Part shown: positions 49,386 through 62,634 of the stretch, piece after piece | Numbering within the stretch: the stretch's first letter is position 1 | How the letters are laid out: every line of letters starts with the position of its first letter | Assembly (NCBI RefSeq): GCF_041146345.1 | Contig: NW_027191408.1 | Span: 1,240,001-1,304,000, forward strand | DNA length: 64,000 nucleotides | Direction: 5' to 3' | DNA from: Neodothiora populina | Taxonomy: Eukaryota | Position numbers and translations under genes: made by a program | Notes under the pieces: generated by a model | The model's database searches: none | Told to the model about the DNA's origin: nothing | Seen by the model: only the letters and a program-made list of their open reading frames with translations

Positions 49386-51265
49386 GTAGACCTGACAGTC
49401 TGTTCAAGCCGAAACAAAACCCTTGGTCGTGGAGTCGGGAGATAAATGACAGGAAATGAAAAGTCAATTTTTTTTTGCTTGCAAGGAAGGTAGGTACCAG
49501 ACCCTTCAAGAGTGGAAATCGAAAGAATGAGAGAAGGACGGGTGGTGAGAAAGGAAAAATTCATACAACCAGGACATGGCTGGCAACAGGGAGGTTAAGT
49601 GGATGCGTCTCAGCATAATTATGGAGATCATGTTCTCGAACACACGGATAGAACCTAAGGAATCCTGACAGACCATTATCGCAAACGAAATGTATAAATC
49701 TGAAGCAGCTACTTTGGGGAGCGCGGAAGCACCGATAGGAAACTTGCAGGCTAATCGAGGTCTCCCAATTGCGGCTAGTGCGGCAGGACTACCTTATAAA
49801 GAATAGCCGGATGCAGGCTACCGAGCAGACGGAAGCAGTAAGCTATCTTGATTTGAGCTAGACCTGCATCAATATGAACACCTGGAAATGAATGCTCCAC
49901 GGCTAAGCTTGGAGAGATGGAAAAACCACTGCCCCAAGCGAGGTGGGCGGGGAGAAGACATGTCAGGACCTCGTGTTTGCCCTTCGTACTGGGCTTGACT
50001 CAGCGATGCCAATCAATGTGGCGTGACGCGTGAGATACACTGCGCTTCCTGAACAACGGAGCTCGTGGCTAGCTGGGAGGGACCAAATCCAAGGCGTCTC
50101 TTGTGGCTTAAGAAAATGAGTTGGACCTGTGACGGAGTCTAAAGAAAACTCCGATCAGGATGTAACTAAGGTATCTCTATACCAAAGGGTGCGGGAGGGG
50201 CACGGAGGCCTGTAGACAGCGCAGATCAAACAAGTGAAACGACAGGAACGCTGACCAGGCAATTTCGCTCCATGATCTTTCAGGCCCGACAAACAAAAGC
50301 CGTGACTGGTCTCGCGTAAGTGGCGCAAGATCTTTCGGATAGACCTTTGTTTCACGTGGCTCAGAGTACGGAAGCGGGAGGTCGTGAGCTCTGTAGTGTT
50401 CGCAATGTACTCGGTTCAGGTAGTGGGCTTGCTGTTTGTTTAAGGGAGATCACATTAGAGCCCGTGCGGATGGCAGACGAGAGAAGACTGTGCGGCGACT
50501 GTCACCTCCGCTTGTGATATCCATATCTAGTATGACTTGCGCATGTAGCCGCTTGACAGCCCACCGGATGGTCGCAGAGCTAGCGGATACCAAATGAGTA
50601 TTAAAACATGTGGCGACACAGGCTAGGAGACCCAGCGAATGTTAATAGAATATTCATGTATCCAAGCAAGCTTGATCGTATCGAAATAGTACCTTGCGCT
50701 TGACCGCTTAGGAAGAGGTACCTTAGGCGAAAAACATTGCCTTATCGACCCGTTCGCATGAGAGACGGGGAAGAAACAACCGTGCATATGCCTAGCTCCC
50801 AGCTCCATACTGTGGAACGGGACAGTGCTGGCTGTGTCCGAAGGTACTTGTACATCTATGTACCGTAGATTGCAGGGGTAAGAAACCAAATCTGGAATTG
50901 CAACCGCATGAATCGACGGTATATCTTGTGACGACAATTCGGTACCTGGCTTCCTTCGGGTCAGGTCCCCTGGGTGGAGTTGTACTTGCACTTGTAGAAT
51001 GCATTTTGACTTTCGGTACTCTCAAAAATCGAGGTACCATTGTTGCCTGACGGCTACACAAGATCTTTCCGGTCATTTTTAACGCGAGAGGGTGCACCAG
51101 GGGGACAAGCTTGGCACTTATTATCGATAAAGTGTGCATAAGCTGCAAGGTGGGTGGGTGATGTCTTCCTCCCCACTCTGGCGTGACAATCGGACGCCGG
51201 ACGCAGGCAAACAATGCAGGTAACGACCTCTGTATAGCAGGCAGACTTTGCAAACAGTGATCGAG

Positions 51266-52389
51266 ATGGCACCAGATCTCAATTCTCTCCCACACTCTCC
51301 TCCACCTTCAGTACCTATAGTCCCAGCAATGAACTCTTCTAGCGTGCCCGTGCCAATACCTACCGAACCTGCAAACATCAACACACCGCCATCTCCACAT
51401 TCTCCAAGCTTGTCGTCCCTGCAAGCTGCTGCCAGCATCAATGCTGGTATAAGAAATTCACCAGATCGAAACTCGCCACGTTTTGAGAGGCGAAGATCTA
51501 GTCTCATGATGAACATTCACCTTAATGATCCTTCTGTTCCAGGTCCCGGGGAGATGGTGCATAGCCATATACAGGGTATGTCGCCATCGGGTGCATATGG
51601 CCAAGGTCCACAATTGCCTGAGAATCCACAACATCACCGAGCACCCAGTCTCGGAGAGATTCATCAGCAGCTTGAGAATGAACAGGAAGCTCAGGTGGTT
51701 CGTTCGGTCTTTATGTGTACTTCCAAGTCGTAATAACCTGACCTATTATATCTGCACGTCTCTAGAACCGATTGCTCCAGATGATTAGGAGCCAGCAAGC
51801 TCAGATCAATTCCCTTCAAACCGCAAATCCTTCCTCGCCATCAGATGGTACATCTCAGGCGTTACTTCTGGCCCAATCCAGCTCGGCCATCGATTCAGGC
51901 TCGGCGTTGAGAACACCGAGTATCGGTACTGGACTAAACACCCGTACGCAATCTGCGAGTACAAATTCCTCCAGACAAAGGCCGATGTCGTTATCTCGAC
52001 AATCGTCGTCTCGTCTTTCAGCCACTGGAGTGGGAGGGCCTCAGAGTGACAGTCAGTCACCTATGCTTCGTCCTCTGTCCATGACTTATGACCCTCAGAG
52101 GGAAGACTGGCTGCTTGGGGGAGTGAGGGACGAGAGTGCTTTCTACCAAGCCGAAACGCAGATGTTGACCAGAGAGAACCAAATGTTGAAGCAGCGCATT
52201 CGTGATCTTGGTGAGTGTCATATAGACGGAGGTATAGAAAGTGGACTACTGACGCAGACTCCAGAGCGTCAACTTGGCGATACAGCGGCTTCACCATCGT
52301 CTCATTCAGCTGTGACATCGCATCTGACAAATGCCGTATCTCCTCTTGCAAGTCCTCCCATTATACCGGAATCTCAGCCGCAGCCCTAA
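51266..52389 (+). CDS. Conserved fungal protein of unknown function with two short coiled coils; exons 51266-51697, 51766-52210, 52265-52389
   Basis: HHRAPSLGEIHQQLENEQEAQV/NRLLQMIR and RDESAFYQAETQMLTRENQMLKQRIRDL/ERQL join across canonical introns. Confidence 0.8.
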
Positions 52390-53952
52390 AGGGCAACTTC
52401 TATGATTTGTTCCATTTCCGTCCATGCTCGATATATTGCAGCTTGGCAGCCTGGAGAGCATTCTCTCCTACAGCGCCGTCGAGGCGCGATGAACAATTAT
52501 GATCGCTGTGTGATGGCGTTCACAGTGGAATATAATTGGCCATTCTTCGGCATTACTACAGCGCTTCCCTTATTATACCTTATTCATTTCACGGCGAAGC
52601 TTGGCGACGCGACTCGTTCTTCGAATCTGGCCTAGCTGTCCGCATTATTGCACCGTGCTTTGGTATCGAGTATATCACGGCACCTTAATGTGCCCAAGGT
52701 ACGGTATGTTGCAATCACTGCCGATCTATCTCCGCGTCGGTTGAATGTATGATCATCGACTACACTGTACAAATACAAGTACTTCCTTGGCCATAGATGG
52801 CAACTGCAGTGACCTTTCGGTGGCACACGCAGATGCAGAGAACCTCACGTTGTTTCATGTCCAAAAACTAGCTGGGTGGTAGTAAACCTCACGGTAAGGT
52901 GTTATGAAAAGTCGAGAGATCGCTAAATTTTGCTTGCAACTCTTTCTCGTTCGTTCCGTGTTCATGAACCTTAACACACATGGATATGGCAACATCATCA
53001 ATAAAACCCCACAGCTCTATAAGCCGTTGTTAGAGTAAAGCATTTTATCGATAAAATTTTGAGCACGTTTTCTCTAATTATTTTCTCTGCTGCTATACCG
53101 AGATGAGTCCAGCAAAGTTGTCCTCTGTGTTTTCGAAGAGGCTCTAGTGCTACTGCTTCTTTGATCCCCTGCAACGACAATTGCCGCAACTACGACTGAA
53201 GTAAGAGCACCACTTAGGATCGTTCGGGGTAGACGAATACGAAACCTCTATCGCGAGCTTCAGGGATCACTTATTAGATAATATGACTGAGAAGGCCAAG
53301 TCCATCACGATATCTTTTGGGCCAAGCGGCTGGACGTCTTTGTTAGTTCTACGCTTCACAAGGCAGCAGGTGTTTGCCAATCGCCTCCTGGACTGCTGGC
53401 CACTGGCAACTGAGATGCCCTACGGAGAAACCTTCGAGATCGAGGCCACCGCAGAGATAAGCAATCTTGGCCGAGATCACCACTAGTGTAGAAGTGAGTG
53501 CTGCGAACTCACTTGTGAATGCCGAGTAAAGTAAACTTACTCAATAGCCGCAACGGTTGTGTTAAACGGTCTAGGGCAGCGAGCAGAGATGCTGAAAGAC
53601 TTTCAAATATCTATACTCGTTGCTCTCTACACCCTAATGCCCTACAACTGTGGTTTCACATAGCCATGTATTCGATAGTTCGAACGTTCGAGGTAGGGTC
53701 AATGTATTTCACGGTAGGGTTCGTCAAGACCATGTTGTCTACCAAAGAATCCAAATGCTCGATTCGGTAGGCTGTCATATAAGTATAATCCTTCATCCTT
53801 TTCCTACCTTGCAATCAAAGTCGCTTTGCATTTGTTTTCTCATCTCGGTATCTCGTTTTGCACTTTGTGCATAGCTCTGGAGCTTGGTCGTACGGTTGTC
53901 TTTTCGTCCAGATCTTAATGCCATATACCCTTTAATCAACGATTCCTCGAAT

Positions 53953-55736
53953 ATGTGGAAGAGTATCAGTGTAGCGTTGACGTTTGCGGATGCTGTTCAG
54001 AATGTGTCAGGATACGGTATGTGGCTCTCTGCTACAGCCCATGGACTATCACTGACGCCTATGGAAGTCCTCGCAAGATCTGCAACTACAACGACACCGA
54101 ATTTAGCCCAACCGGTGAAGAACAGTGGCAAACGCGGCCTGGCTTACAACAATCCTGACTACACACAATTCTTCTCCTTGTCCGGACAGAACTCTCAAGT
54201 CTCGTGGGCATACAATTGGAACTTTGACGAGCCCAACATGGCAGACTTCAACCCTGCCTTGGAGTATATTCCCTTAATGTTCAACAACAACAAAGACGTG
54301 CTTTCGAAATGGCCGACTGCGGCTCAAGCAGCCATCGATAATGGTACTACCACACTCTTCTCATTCAACGAGCCAGATTTCGCATACTCGGGCTCTGGGT
54401 CAAACTACATGGACATTGATACTGCTGTTGAAACCTGGATCAAGTACATGGAACCATTTGCTGGAAAGGCAAGACTTGTTGCCCCTGCGGTAACGAACGT
54501 TGGGGCTCCTGCTGGATTAACCTGGCTTGAAAACTTCATTAGCAACTGCACGAATTGTACCATAGATGCAATCAACATTCACTGGTACTCGAATAAATGG
54601 GCTGGAGCGAACTATCTCAAGTCTCACGTATGTTGCTTAGCGACCTCATCAAAAGTTGACCACCATGCTCATTCTTGTAATAGGTTCAATCAGCAAAGGC
54701 GATCGCAGGCGGTCGTCCTATAATTATGAGCGAGTTTGGACTCGATAACAGCGACGGCACATATTCAGATGCAGATCTACTTGCGTTCCTGGAGACCGCA
54801 TTGCCATGGCTTGATGCCCAGGACTATATCGAAAAATATGCTTATTTCATGGACACTACAGGATACCTCCTGAACAGTGCTGGTACAGCCATGAGTGATA
54901 GTGGCGTCCTTTATAATAATTATACTACAGCGGAGATCACCTCGGTGTCATCCGCTTCCAGTTCTGTCACACCAGCAAGTACAATCTCGAAGATCACGAG
55001 CTCGACAACATCGGCGGCCTCTCAAACCTCGACTTCGAAGACTACCACCAAAACATCTACCACGACCTCAAAAGCGTCGTCGGCCAGTAGTTCGACATCA
55101 ACAGCAAATTCTTCCATTTCGGCAGTGAAGACATCGAGTACAGCTTCCAATTCCAAGTCGGCATCAGCGTCAAAGACTACTTCGGCAGTGTCGACACCCA
55201 CATTCTCGATTATCTCGGCATATTTCGCCACACAAAACGTCACTGTCGCTGCGCGCAGCAGCTTGCTTCAATCCAGCGGCAACATCGTAATCAACACCTA
55301 CAACCTCTCCCCTCTCACTGGTGGCAGCGACCCTTGGTGGGGTGTTTTGAAAACCATCAATATTCTCTACGCTCTGGGCAACGACACCTATGTCTTTGTC
55401 GCGAAAGAGCAGACAGGCACTTATACGCTCACCGCTTCTTCGCCTACCTTGTCTGGGTCATCTGCCTCGGCAGTCAAGGTTCCAAGCGTTAATGTGCCGG
55501 CTGGCAGTCCCGTTGAGGTTGTGGCTGTCACTTGGGGCGCGAAAAGCATTGCCACACAGAGTGTATGGACAAGACTGTACTACCAGGCGACGACAAACTG
55601 GGGCTTCCAGATCAATACCGGTCTGTTCGGAGTCGATACCATGTTTGGTTATTCCAAAGACGCAATTATTTGGTTCAGGAAGCACGGTGTTCTCAACGCA
55701 CTTGTGGCCAGAGAGAACGAATGGGTGAAGTTTTAA
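53953..55736 (+). CDS. Secreted GH128 (Asl1-like) beta-1,3-glucanase with S/T linker and two C-terminal repeats; exons 53953-54016, 54068-54627, 54684-55736
   Basis: KRGLAY, SWAYNW, EYIPLM, FNEPD (acid/base), PAVTN, IHWY, SEFG (nucleophile), WLDAQDYIEKYAYF. Confidence 0.88.
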
Positions 55737-57493
55737 CACATATAGATGGGTGCTTGTCGGTTTTTGTAGATGTGATTAGAAGTTCTGTATACAAAAGTAA
55801 ATAATATTGTATCCGCATACAGAGTGTTGACAAAATGTTAAATATACGCGGACGATAGCAAGAGATGTAACATACTGTACTGTACCTTACAGGTGTACAG
55901 GGATGCTATTCTAATTGCGCTATAACATTTGTCGCCCCTTAGCTAGCATCTGTTGTTCCGGTCCCCTTATAAGGGAGTCACTGTTGGTTGTATAAGTATC
56001 TGTACAAATCGACCTTGCCGATTGGCGTATAGGTGGCCGAGACGGGGCCAAGAGTATGCACCTTATTTTAGTTCGAACGAAGTACAAGTGAGCCTAAATA
56101 CTTGTTTCTAGGAATCGTTGAGTGGGAAGCGTTAGTACCCTGAGCGCCACAACTTACTAGCCGTAGCAGCAGCAGCGTCAAGAGCGATATACATCAGGAA
56201 AAGGCCGTTCTCAATACCAGCTAATGTCTGTGGTAGAGTTAGTGAGGAGAGGTGGGTTGACATGTCCTACCTGCCCCGATCAAGGTACCGCAGAGTAATA
56301 CTTGTACTTCGAGGAACTGCCTTAGAGAGGTGGTTCCTGATGTGCGCTCGGCAACGGTTGATGTTCAAGTGACGATAGGAGTGCTGACAGGTTGATACCT
56401 AAGGTACAAGTACGAAGAACGCAGCCACAGTATACCTGAGTACATGCAGAATAAGTACCCTACCTACTTAACCTTACTGCTGGAGAACTGGCTCGAACTA
56501 GGCATGTGACGCAACTTTCGGAGACATTTACCGTGCTGGGACGCGGTGAAAGGCGCAGATACAGGTATAGTACGACCGGTATAGGTGATTGTTCCCGTTC
56601 TCGGTCTTGTAAATCAGTGTCGAATCAAAACCACGGAACGACATAGTCACTGTACTATGCACTAATGACATGCTTGTCATGCTTCGGCGGGTCGCTGATA
56701 TTATCATGGGGTAAATTGTGGTCTAGAAGACATCTGTGCATGCAAGTCGCGACGTAATAAGCAGCAGTGCTCTACACGTAAGTGTACGCATAGAGATCAC
56801 TGTCACACAGAACAGCTGCTAAGAGGGCCATCTATGCAGCTGAGAGTCGTTTCAAATGCACAGTGTGGTCGTCGATAATCATCAGTCGAACTGTCCCGGC
56901 TTTGCTAACGGCGATGCCGCCGTGTCCGCCCCTCGTCTCTAAGCCCGCCTCGTGGCTGTTCGGGCCTAGATCGTTTCAAGTCGGAGTGCAATCATGAATC
57001 CTCAGGGCCAAAAACTCAAACCTAAGCTGAATCGTTTTGTGGAGTCGAGACCAGTATCGACAGGGTCAGGTAGGGTAAAGCTTTTCGTATCTGCACAGGA
57101 TGTCGCCGGCTATTTGTCTTTCTTGATACCTGCGTTGAGTAGTTGCGAGCAAAATTGAATACACAAGCCGACTGTCCTTCCTGTGCGTCCTGAACTACAA
57201 TAATCCACGGTCACTACTGGGCTTTAATGTCAAGGCTGAATCAGAAAACATTTGCACCGTACTAGCCGGCAATCATCCCCACAGATCCCCAACACTTTGT
57301 GGTAGTGATTGAGGAATCTCCAGGACGACAAAATCTGGCCGATGTCGTGAACGCGCACTCCAGTTCATGATAGCCTCGGAAGGCACATCTGCGCCTACCT
57401 GCCTGCTCAGGCATAGCTGCCTCGCAGTCGCAAAGAGTCCAAGACCAAGACTCGACGATATCTGCGGAGCACGCACGGCGCACCTTTTCGACC

Positions 57494-60407
57494 ATGATCG
57501 ACACTTCAGCCTCAGTCGCACCTTACTTTCCAAAGATTGACAGCCAGATTGCGCTCCTTGATCCTACAAAACTCCCTGAAGTGCCTGAGAAGGTTGGCCC
57601 TATATTCGATTCTGCACATGCAAACACACCAATACAGCCGTATGATGAAAACACCAACCAAAGTCACTACGGGAAAGAGCACCCCGAGTTTGAGCCAAAT
57701 TTGTCGCCTACCACACCCGATATACTGCCAGGTGATTACCTCGCACCTTCCTTGACCAAAAACGAGCGCATCCGCTTGACACTATTCTGGTACTACACGA
57801 GACATGTCATCGATGACAAAGAATTCGTTGCGCGATTGCAGGACAGATTGAATCTTGTGCAGCAGTTCATGGGCTGGGAGTTTGCTATTATCGGACTTCT
57901 CGGCGAGCATGTATTTTCACGCGTAGCTACAGCTGGTTTGCCATTAGCAATCCTTCCTCGACGAGAGTCGACATGTAGTCACACTATCAATCAGCCTTCT
58001 GGCGTAAGTATTGCAAATTCGAACGTACACATGCCACGCCCACTAATTCGTCTTCTTCATACAGTCTGTTTTTATGCTTCCTAACATGGAGACTGATTGG
58101 CGATTCAAGCACTCTCCTCACGTTGAGCAAGGTGGTCTTCGTAGCTACGCTGGTACACATCTCAGATGTCAGGCCGAGGACGGCATTGATTTCGCAATTG
58201 GATCTCTATGCGTCGCTTCGAACACACCGCAGGAACCATTATCACCGGCTCAGCAGACTGCACTTGTACGATTTGCGGATATAATTTCGGTCGACATCAT
58301 AACTCGGTCCCGGGAGTCGCGCAAACAACAGCGCTTGCATATGTCCGATTTACTTGCCAAAGTTCAGAGCCAAGCAACACCGGAAAATGTGGAGCTTCTG
58401 GTCCGGGAGATCATAGCAGAGATCTATCCTCGTGCGGTGATGTCGCTACGGGAACCTGCGGACCATAGTCTTACCGTACCTGGTCGCAGCAAGCCCATAC
58501 CTTTACACGATATATATAACGGACTATGGGAGGATTCAGAACTCATCGATAAAATCATTGTGGAACAAAATCATGAGAAGCTTCACACGTCAGCAACCGT
58601 GAGAGGCATTTTCTTCACGTGTCTAACGCAACCACGCACAAAGTATCTGCTGATCACAACTGACGAGATCCAATACGTTTTTGACGATGTGGATGCTTGG
58701 TTCATCGAGCGATGTGCGCTGATGATCTGCAGCACGATACAAGAAGGGAGATTGAGAGAGGCTTTGGAAGCAAAGGACAGGTTCCTGCGCGGAATAACGC
58801 ATCAACTGAGGACGCCTATCCACGGAGTCTTGGGTTCCGTCGACTTACTTGCAGAGGAACTGGCTAGCCGCAATTTGCTCATGGACGATGACACATCATA
58901 CGACAACGCGGCCGATAATTCTCACACAGCATCATCATATCTAAAGACTATCAGAGACTCCGGGCGTGAACTCATGTCGACGGTCAACAACATGCTCAAG
59001 CTTAACCGCTGGGCTGAGAACCCTGGCACAGCACAACCCGCGACTCTTCAGAGTCTCAATCAAGTAGAGGCTGACATCCTTCATGATGTAACCCAGACCA
59101 TTCCAGACCGCGAACTTAGCCAAATTTCACTTATGTTCGAGAACCAACTGGCGACGGACTATAGCATGATTGTTATCGACCTCGTGCTGCTCCGGGAATG
59201 TATCCAGGCGTTGATCGTCAATGCGCTGCAATACACAAGAAAAGGTGCCGTTATCGTCACGATCTCTGGATGCGAGGACTATTCAAGACTACGCTTCGAC
59301 ATTGTTGATACAGGCATCGGAATCAAGCCTATCGATCAAGCACGGATATTTGAACCCTACGAGAAAGTTGACCCGCATACTAGGGGCGCAGGCCTGGGCT
59401 TAACGCTTGCAACAAAAATCGCAGCCGCGCTGAACGGTGAGGTGTCACTCGTCCGTTCAGAACCTGACTATGGATCTTTGTTTCGCGCCGAGTTTCATGA
59501 TCCTGGATTTGCATGCCCGATAAATCGCAAAGAAATGCATCCCCCCTCATTCGATGCTGTTCCCAAGAAATTTCACATCATCCCAGCCGATACTGAGCGC
59601 CCTGATCTAGTGTTGCACTTCGGCAGTTATCTGACCCATCGTGGCTTCGAAGATGCTAAATCTCCAGATGGAGCTTTCATCATCATAACATACACGCCGG
59701 ATCTCGATGAGTTCCGCAGACTCGTTGCATCAGTCGATCCCAAACAAGTGGCTATGACATTGATCCCAGCAGGAGTGAAGACTGAAAAGACATTTGGCAA
59801 GCACGAAGTACGCTGTTTCACCGGTCCATTCCTCACATCCCGATTAGAAGTGATCTTGCAGGAGCTCGAGAAGATCTACCAACGCCTCAATTCTTCTCCG
59901 GAAGCTGGCGAAACAGCGAGCGGAACATGCGACAAAACCAGCTCAGTACGCGCAGACGAGCCGGCAGACGATGTTGTATCGCCCTCAGGTTCTCAGCCTC
60001 GAGCCCTGATCGTCGATGACAACGCAGTGAATCTGCGGATCATGCGTATGTACTGCCAGAAACGCGATATTCCCTATGTGACAGCTACAGACGGTCGCCA
60101 AGCAGTCGAGGCCTTCCAGACCAGTATCGACAGGAATGAACCCCTCAATCTTGTTCTTATGGACTTGCAGATGCCTGTATGCGACGGGATAGACGCGACT
60201 CGCGAAATCCGAGGCCTGGAGGAGAAGTGCGCGTTACAAGCGTGTGCAATCTTCATGGTCACTGGTCAGGATTCGGCGACGGACAAACAAAGATCGTTCG
60301 CGGCCGGTGCAAGCGAATACTACGTCAAGCCTATGGGTATTAAAACACTCGATCGGGCTGTTGGTGGCTACTTTCCTGGCTTCCACCGAGAACTTCTAGC
60401 TCCATGA
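57494..60407 (+). CDS. Hybrid histidine kinase (GAF-HisKA-HATPase-REC); intron 58004-58064
   Basis: PRRESTCSHT/DWRF..SPHV..GGLRSYAG (GAF), THQLRTPIHG (H box), NALQYT, DTGIGI, IFEPY, GAGLGL, LIVDDNAVN, VLMDLQMPVCDG, YYVKP. Confidence 0.93.
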
Positions 60408-61518
60408 AAGACGTAAGTCGACCAAATGTCGGCGGGACATGGACGTTCATCTGTGTCATCAATGGCATGGCATCCACCAGTCAGGTCTTGGTACTTGCAA
60501 TGCGAAATATTACGATTGTGTTACGGATGAGGAATAATAAAAAGTTGAATCTCGCGACAAGCATGCAACAGGCGTTCCTAGAGTAACGATCAAGCAATGG
60601 CGTTTTCCATCAAGGGTTCTGGGACATATATAGTGCAGCGTATACACATATGTGGTGTAGGGCCAAAAAAGCCACTAGAGCCTTTTGCTTTCTCTTTTCA
60701 TCTTAGATGCAAAAAGGAGAAAGGATAATAGGCCAGAATAAACAAAGAGAATTGAATTCTGATATCGACTTTGCTGGAGAAAGCGTCTTATGAATGATAC
60801 ACTTGCGATAGCATCAGATAATTCCGTCGGGCGTTCCCAAACATACGAATCCATGTCAATTGACGAAGACCAAGGCACTACAGCAAGCAAGTGAGATGTC
60901 ATTGTAAACATATTTTGGAATCCTCGCAAGAACCCAAAACCACCACTGGTGCATCACTAGAGTCCAGACGAGCGATGCGTGATGTCTCGCGCTGTTCATC
61001 GATGGTATTTGTAAAGGTATGATTGCATTACATATCAGTCCCGCTTCAGAAGAGGAAAGAGACAGGTTTCCGTGATCTAGCCACGGCGGAAGAAAAGACA
61101 GACATGTAACGATTGAAGCACCAGAGCTGCTGTTCGAAGACAAAAGTGCTGGTTTTGCATCTTTTTCTGATACTCTATTGGCAAATTCGGATCGATAGAG
61201 TGAAATTCGATGGTTCTTGTTGTGTTAATGGTCGGGAAAGGGAATATATCGAGGACTCGAACGAAGTGGGAAGAGAGAGCTGGATTCCTCTCGAGTTGCC
61301 CTTCGATCTATGAGCCTAGGTCCAGGTGGATCTGTAGGCTCAGCGCTCTCGGTAGGTGTGCCCATAATGAGTCGAAAAGATATCTTTCGTAATAAAGTGT
61401 AAAAAGTGATGGGTGTAAAGAGGTGGCTGTAAAGAGCCGGGTATAGTGAATCTAAAAAAGTGGATAATTTCCCACAGCCTTCCGGGGAAGAGGTAAAGAA
61501 GGGAAATATGGGAGGCGT

Positions 61519-62634
61519 TCAAGTCGTATATTTGTTGATGGAGGCAAATGTCCTGCTCGGAGCATATTGAGGACTGCCGTTTTCGAGAGAGGTTATTTCT
61601 CTTTCCGCGTTCTCTGCGCGAGATACTGTCTCGGACTGAGTTTCGACCTTTGTTGCGTTCTCGATAGCTTCGGCAGCCTTACTGGCTTTGGAAGGTCTGC
61701 CGCGTTTACGTTTTGCGGGCACATTAGAGCTACCAGTTTCAAGTGTCGCTTTTTGGGGCTTTGATGATGCTGACGCGAGCTTCTCAATAATGGCAGAATG
61801 TTCGTCTTTGAGAGTGAAGATCAGATCTTCTTGGGTCCCGGTTTCGCTAACAGGTAGTTCATCCAGTCGTTTCAAGATTGAAGCGATGGAGCCAGACAGA
61901 ATTTCGCTGAGCTCCTCGTTGATCTTGCTCATGCGATCGCATTTGCTCTCGAGTTCTTTGTACTTGATCCAGAGTCTACTGTACCTGTCTCCAAGCTCGA
62001 TTTCCCGGGCTGTACCGTAATGTTCCTTGTCGTCGGGCGGTTGATAGCTTGTAGGAAATGTATCCTGCCCATTCCTCACAGCGTGATCTACGCTTTCTGG
62101 AGGAGGTGTCTCCTGCAACAGGGATCAGAATTTGCGGGTAAATTTCCTTAGCACGCATACTAATCTCTGTTTCTCCCTCCTGCGTCTCTGCGTGGTTCTG
62201 CGCGATGCGTCCAGAGAGCATGAAAAGTTGAGAGAAATAAAACAAGAAAGTCAAACAGAGCTCATAGCACAATCAATTACCTCGGAATCAGCCGCGGCCA
62301 GAATGGCACCCACGATACTATCATCGTCGCTATCACCCTGTCGATCCTCGCCCACACGACCTGCATCACCACCACCACTGAGTCTCTGCTTCGCCTTGGA
62401 CTTGTGGGTCTGGCGATATCGCCTTTTGGCCTCTGCGAAATCAGCCTCAGTGTGGTATTTTCTAGGTCTGCCTCGTGGCTTTTTCACCGCAGATGATGAC
62501 TCAGACGGTGGTTGCACAGCGTCGACATCGGATTTTCGAGGACGACCACGTTTACGGTTCGGTGTCGCCGTCGTCGTTAGCGTCGTCGTCGCTGGTGATT
62601 CGTTACCTTCTGGTGATATTGCTGAGTCTGCCAT
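61519..62634 (-). CDS. AT-hook protein with coiled coil; probable exons 62634-62281, 62187-62161 (uncertain), 62112-61519
   Basis: Three AT-hooks (RKRGRPRK, KPRGRPRK, KRGRPSK) across two same-strand ORFs; GTAATT and GTATGC donors, TTGCAG acceptor. Confidence 0.65.

Noticed and set aside
52998..53486. Protein-like fragments between the 51266 gene and GH128
   Set aside because: Interrupted by stops with no recognisable family; a decayed gene cannot be told from chance without tBLASTx.
60675..61330. Minus-strand ORF fragments downstream of the AT-hook gene
   Set aside because: No consistent splice model or known motif.
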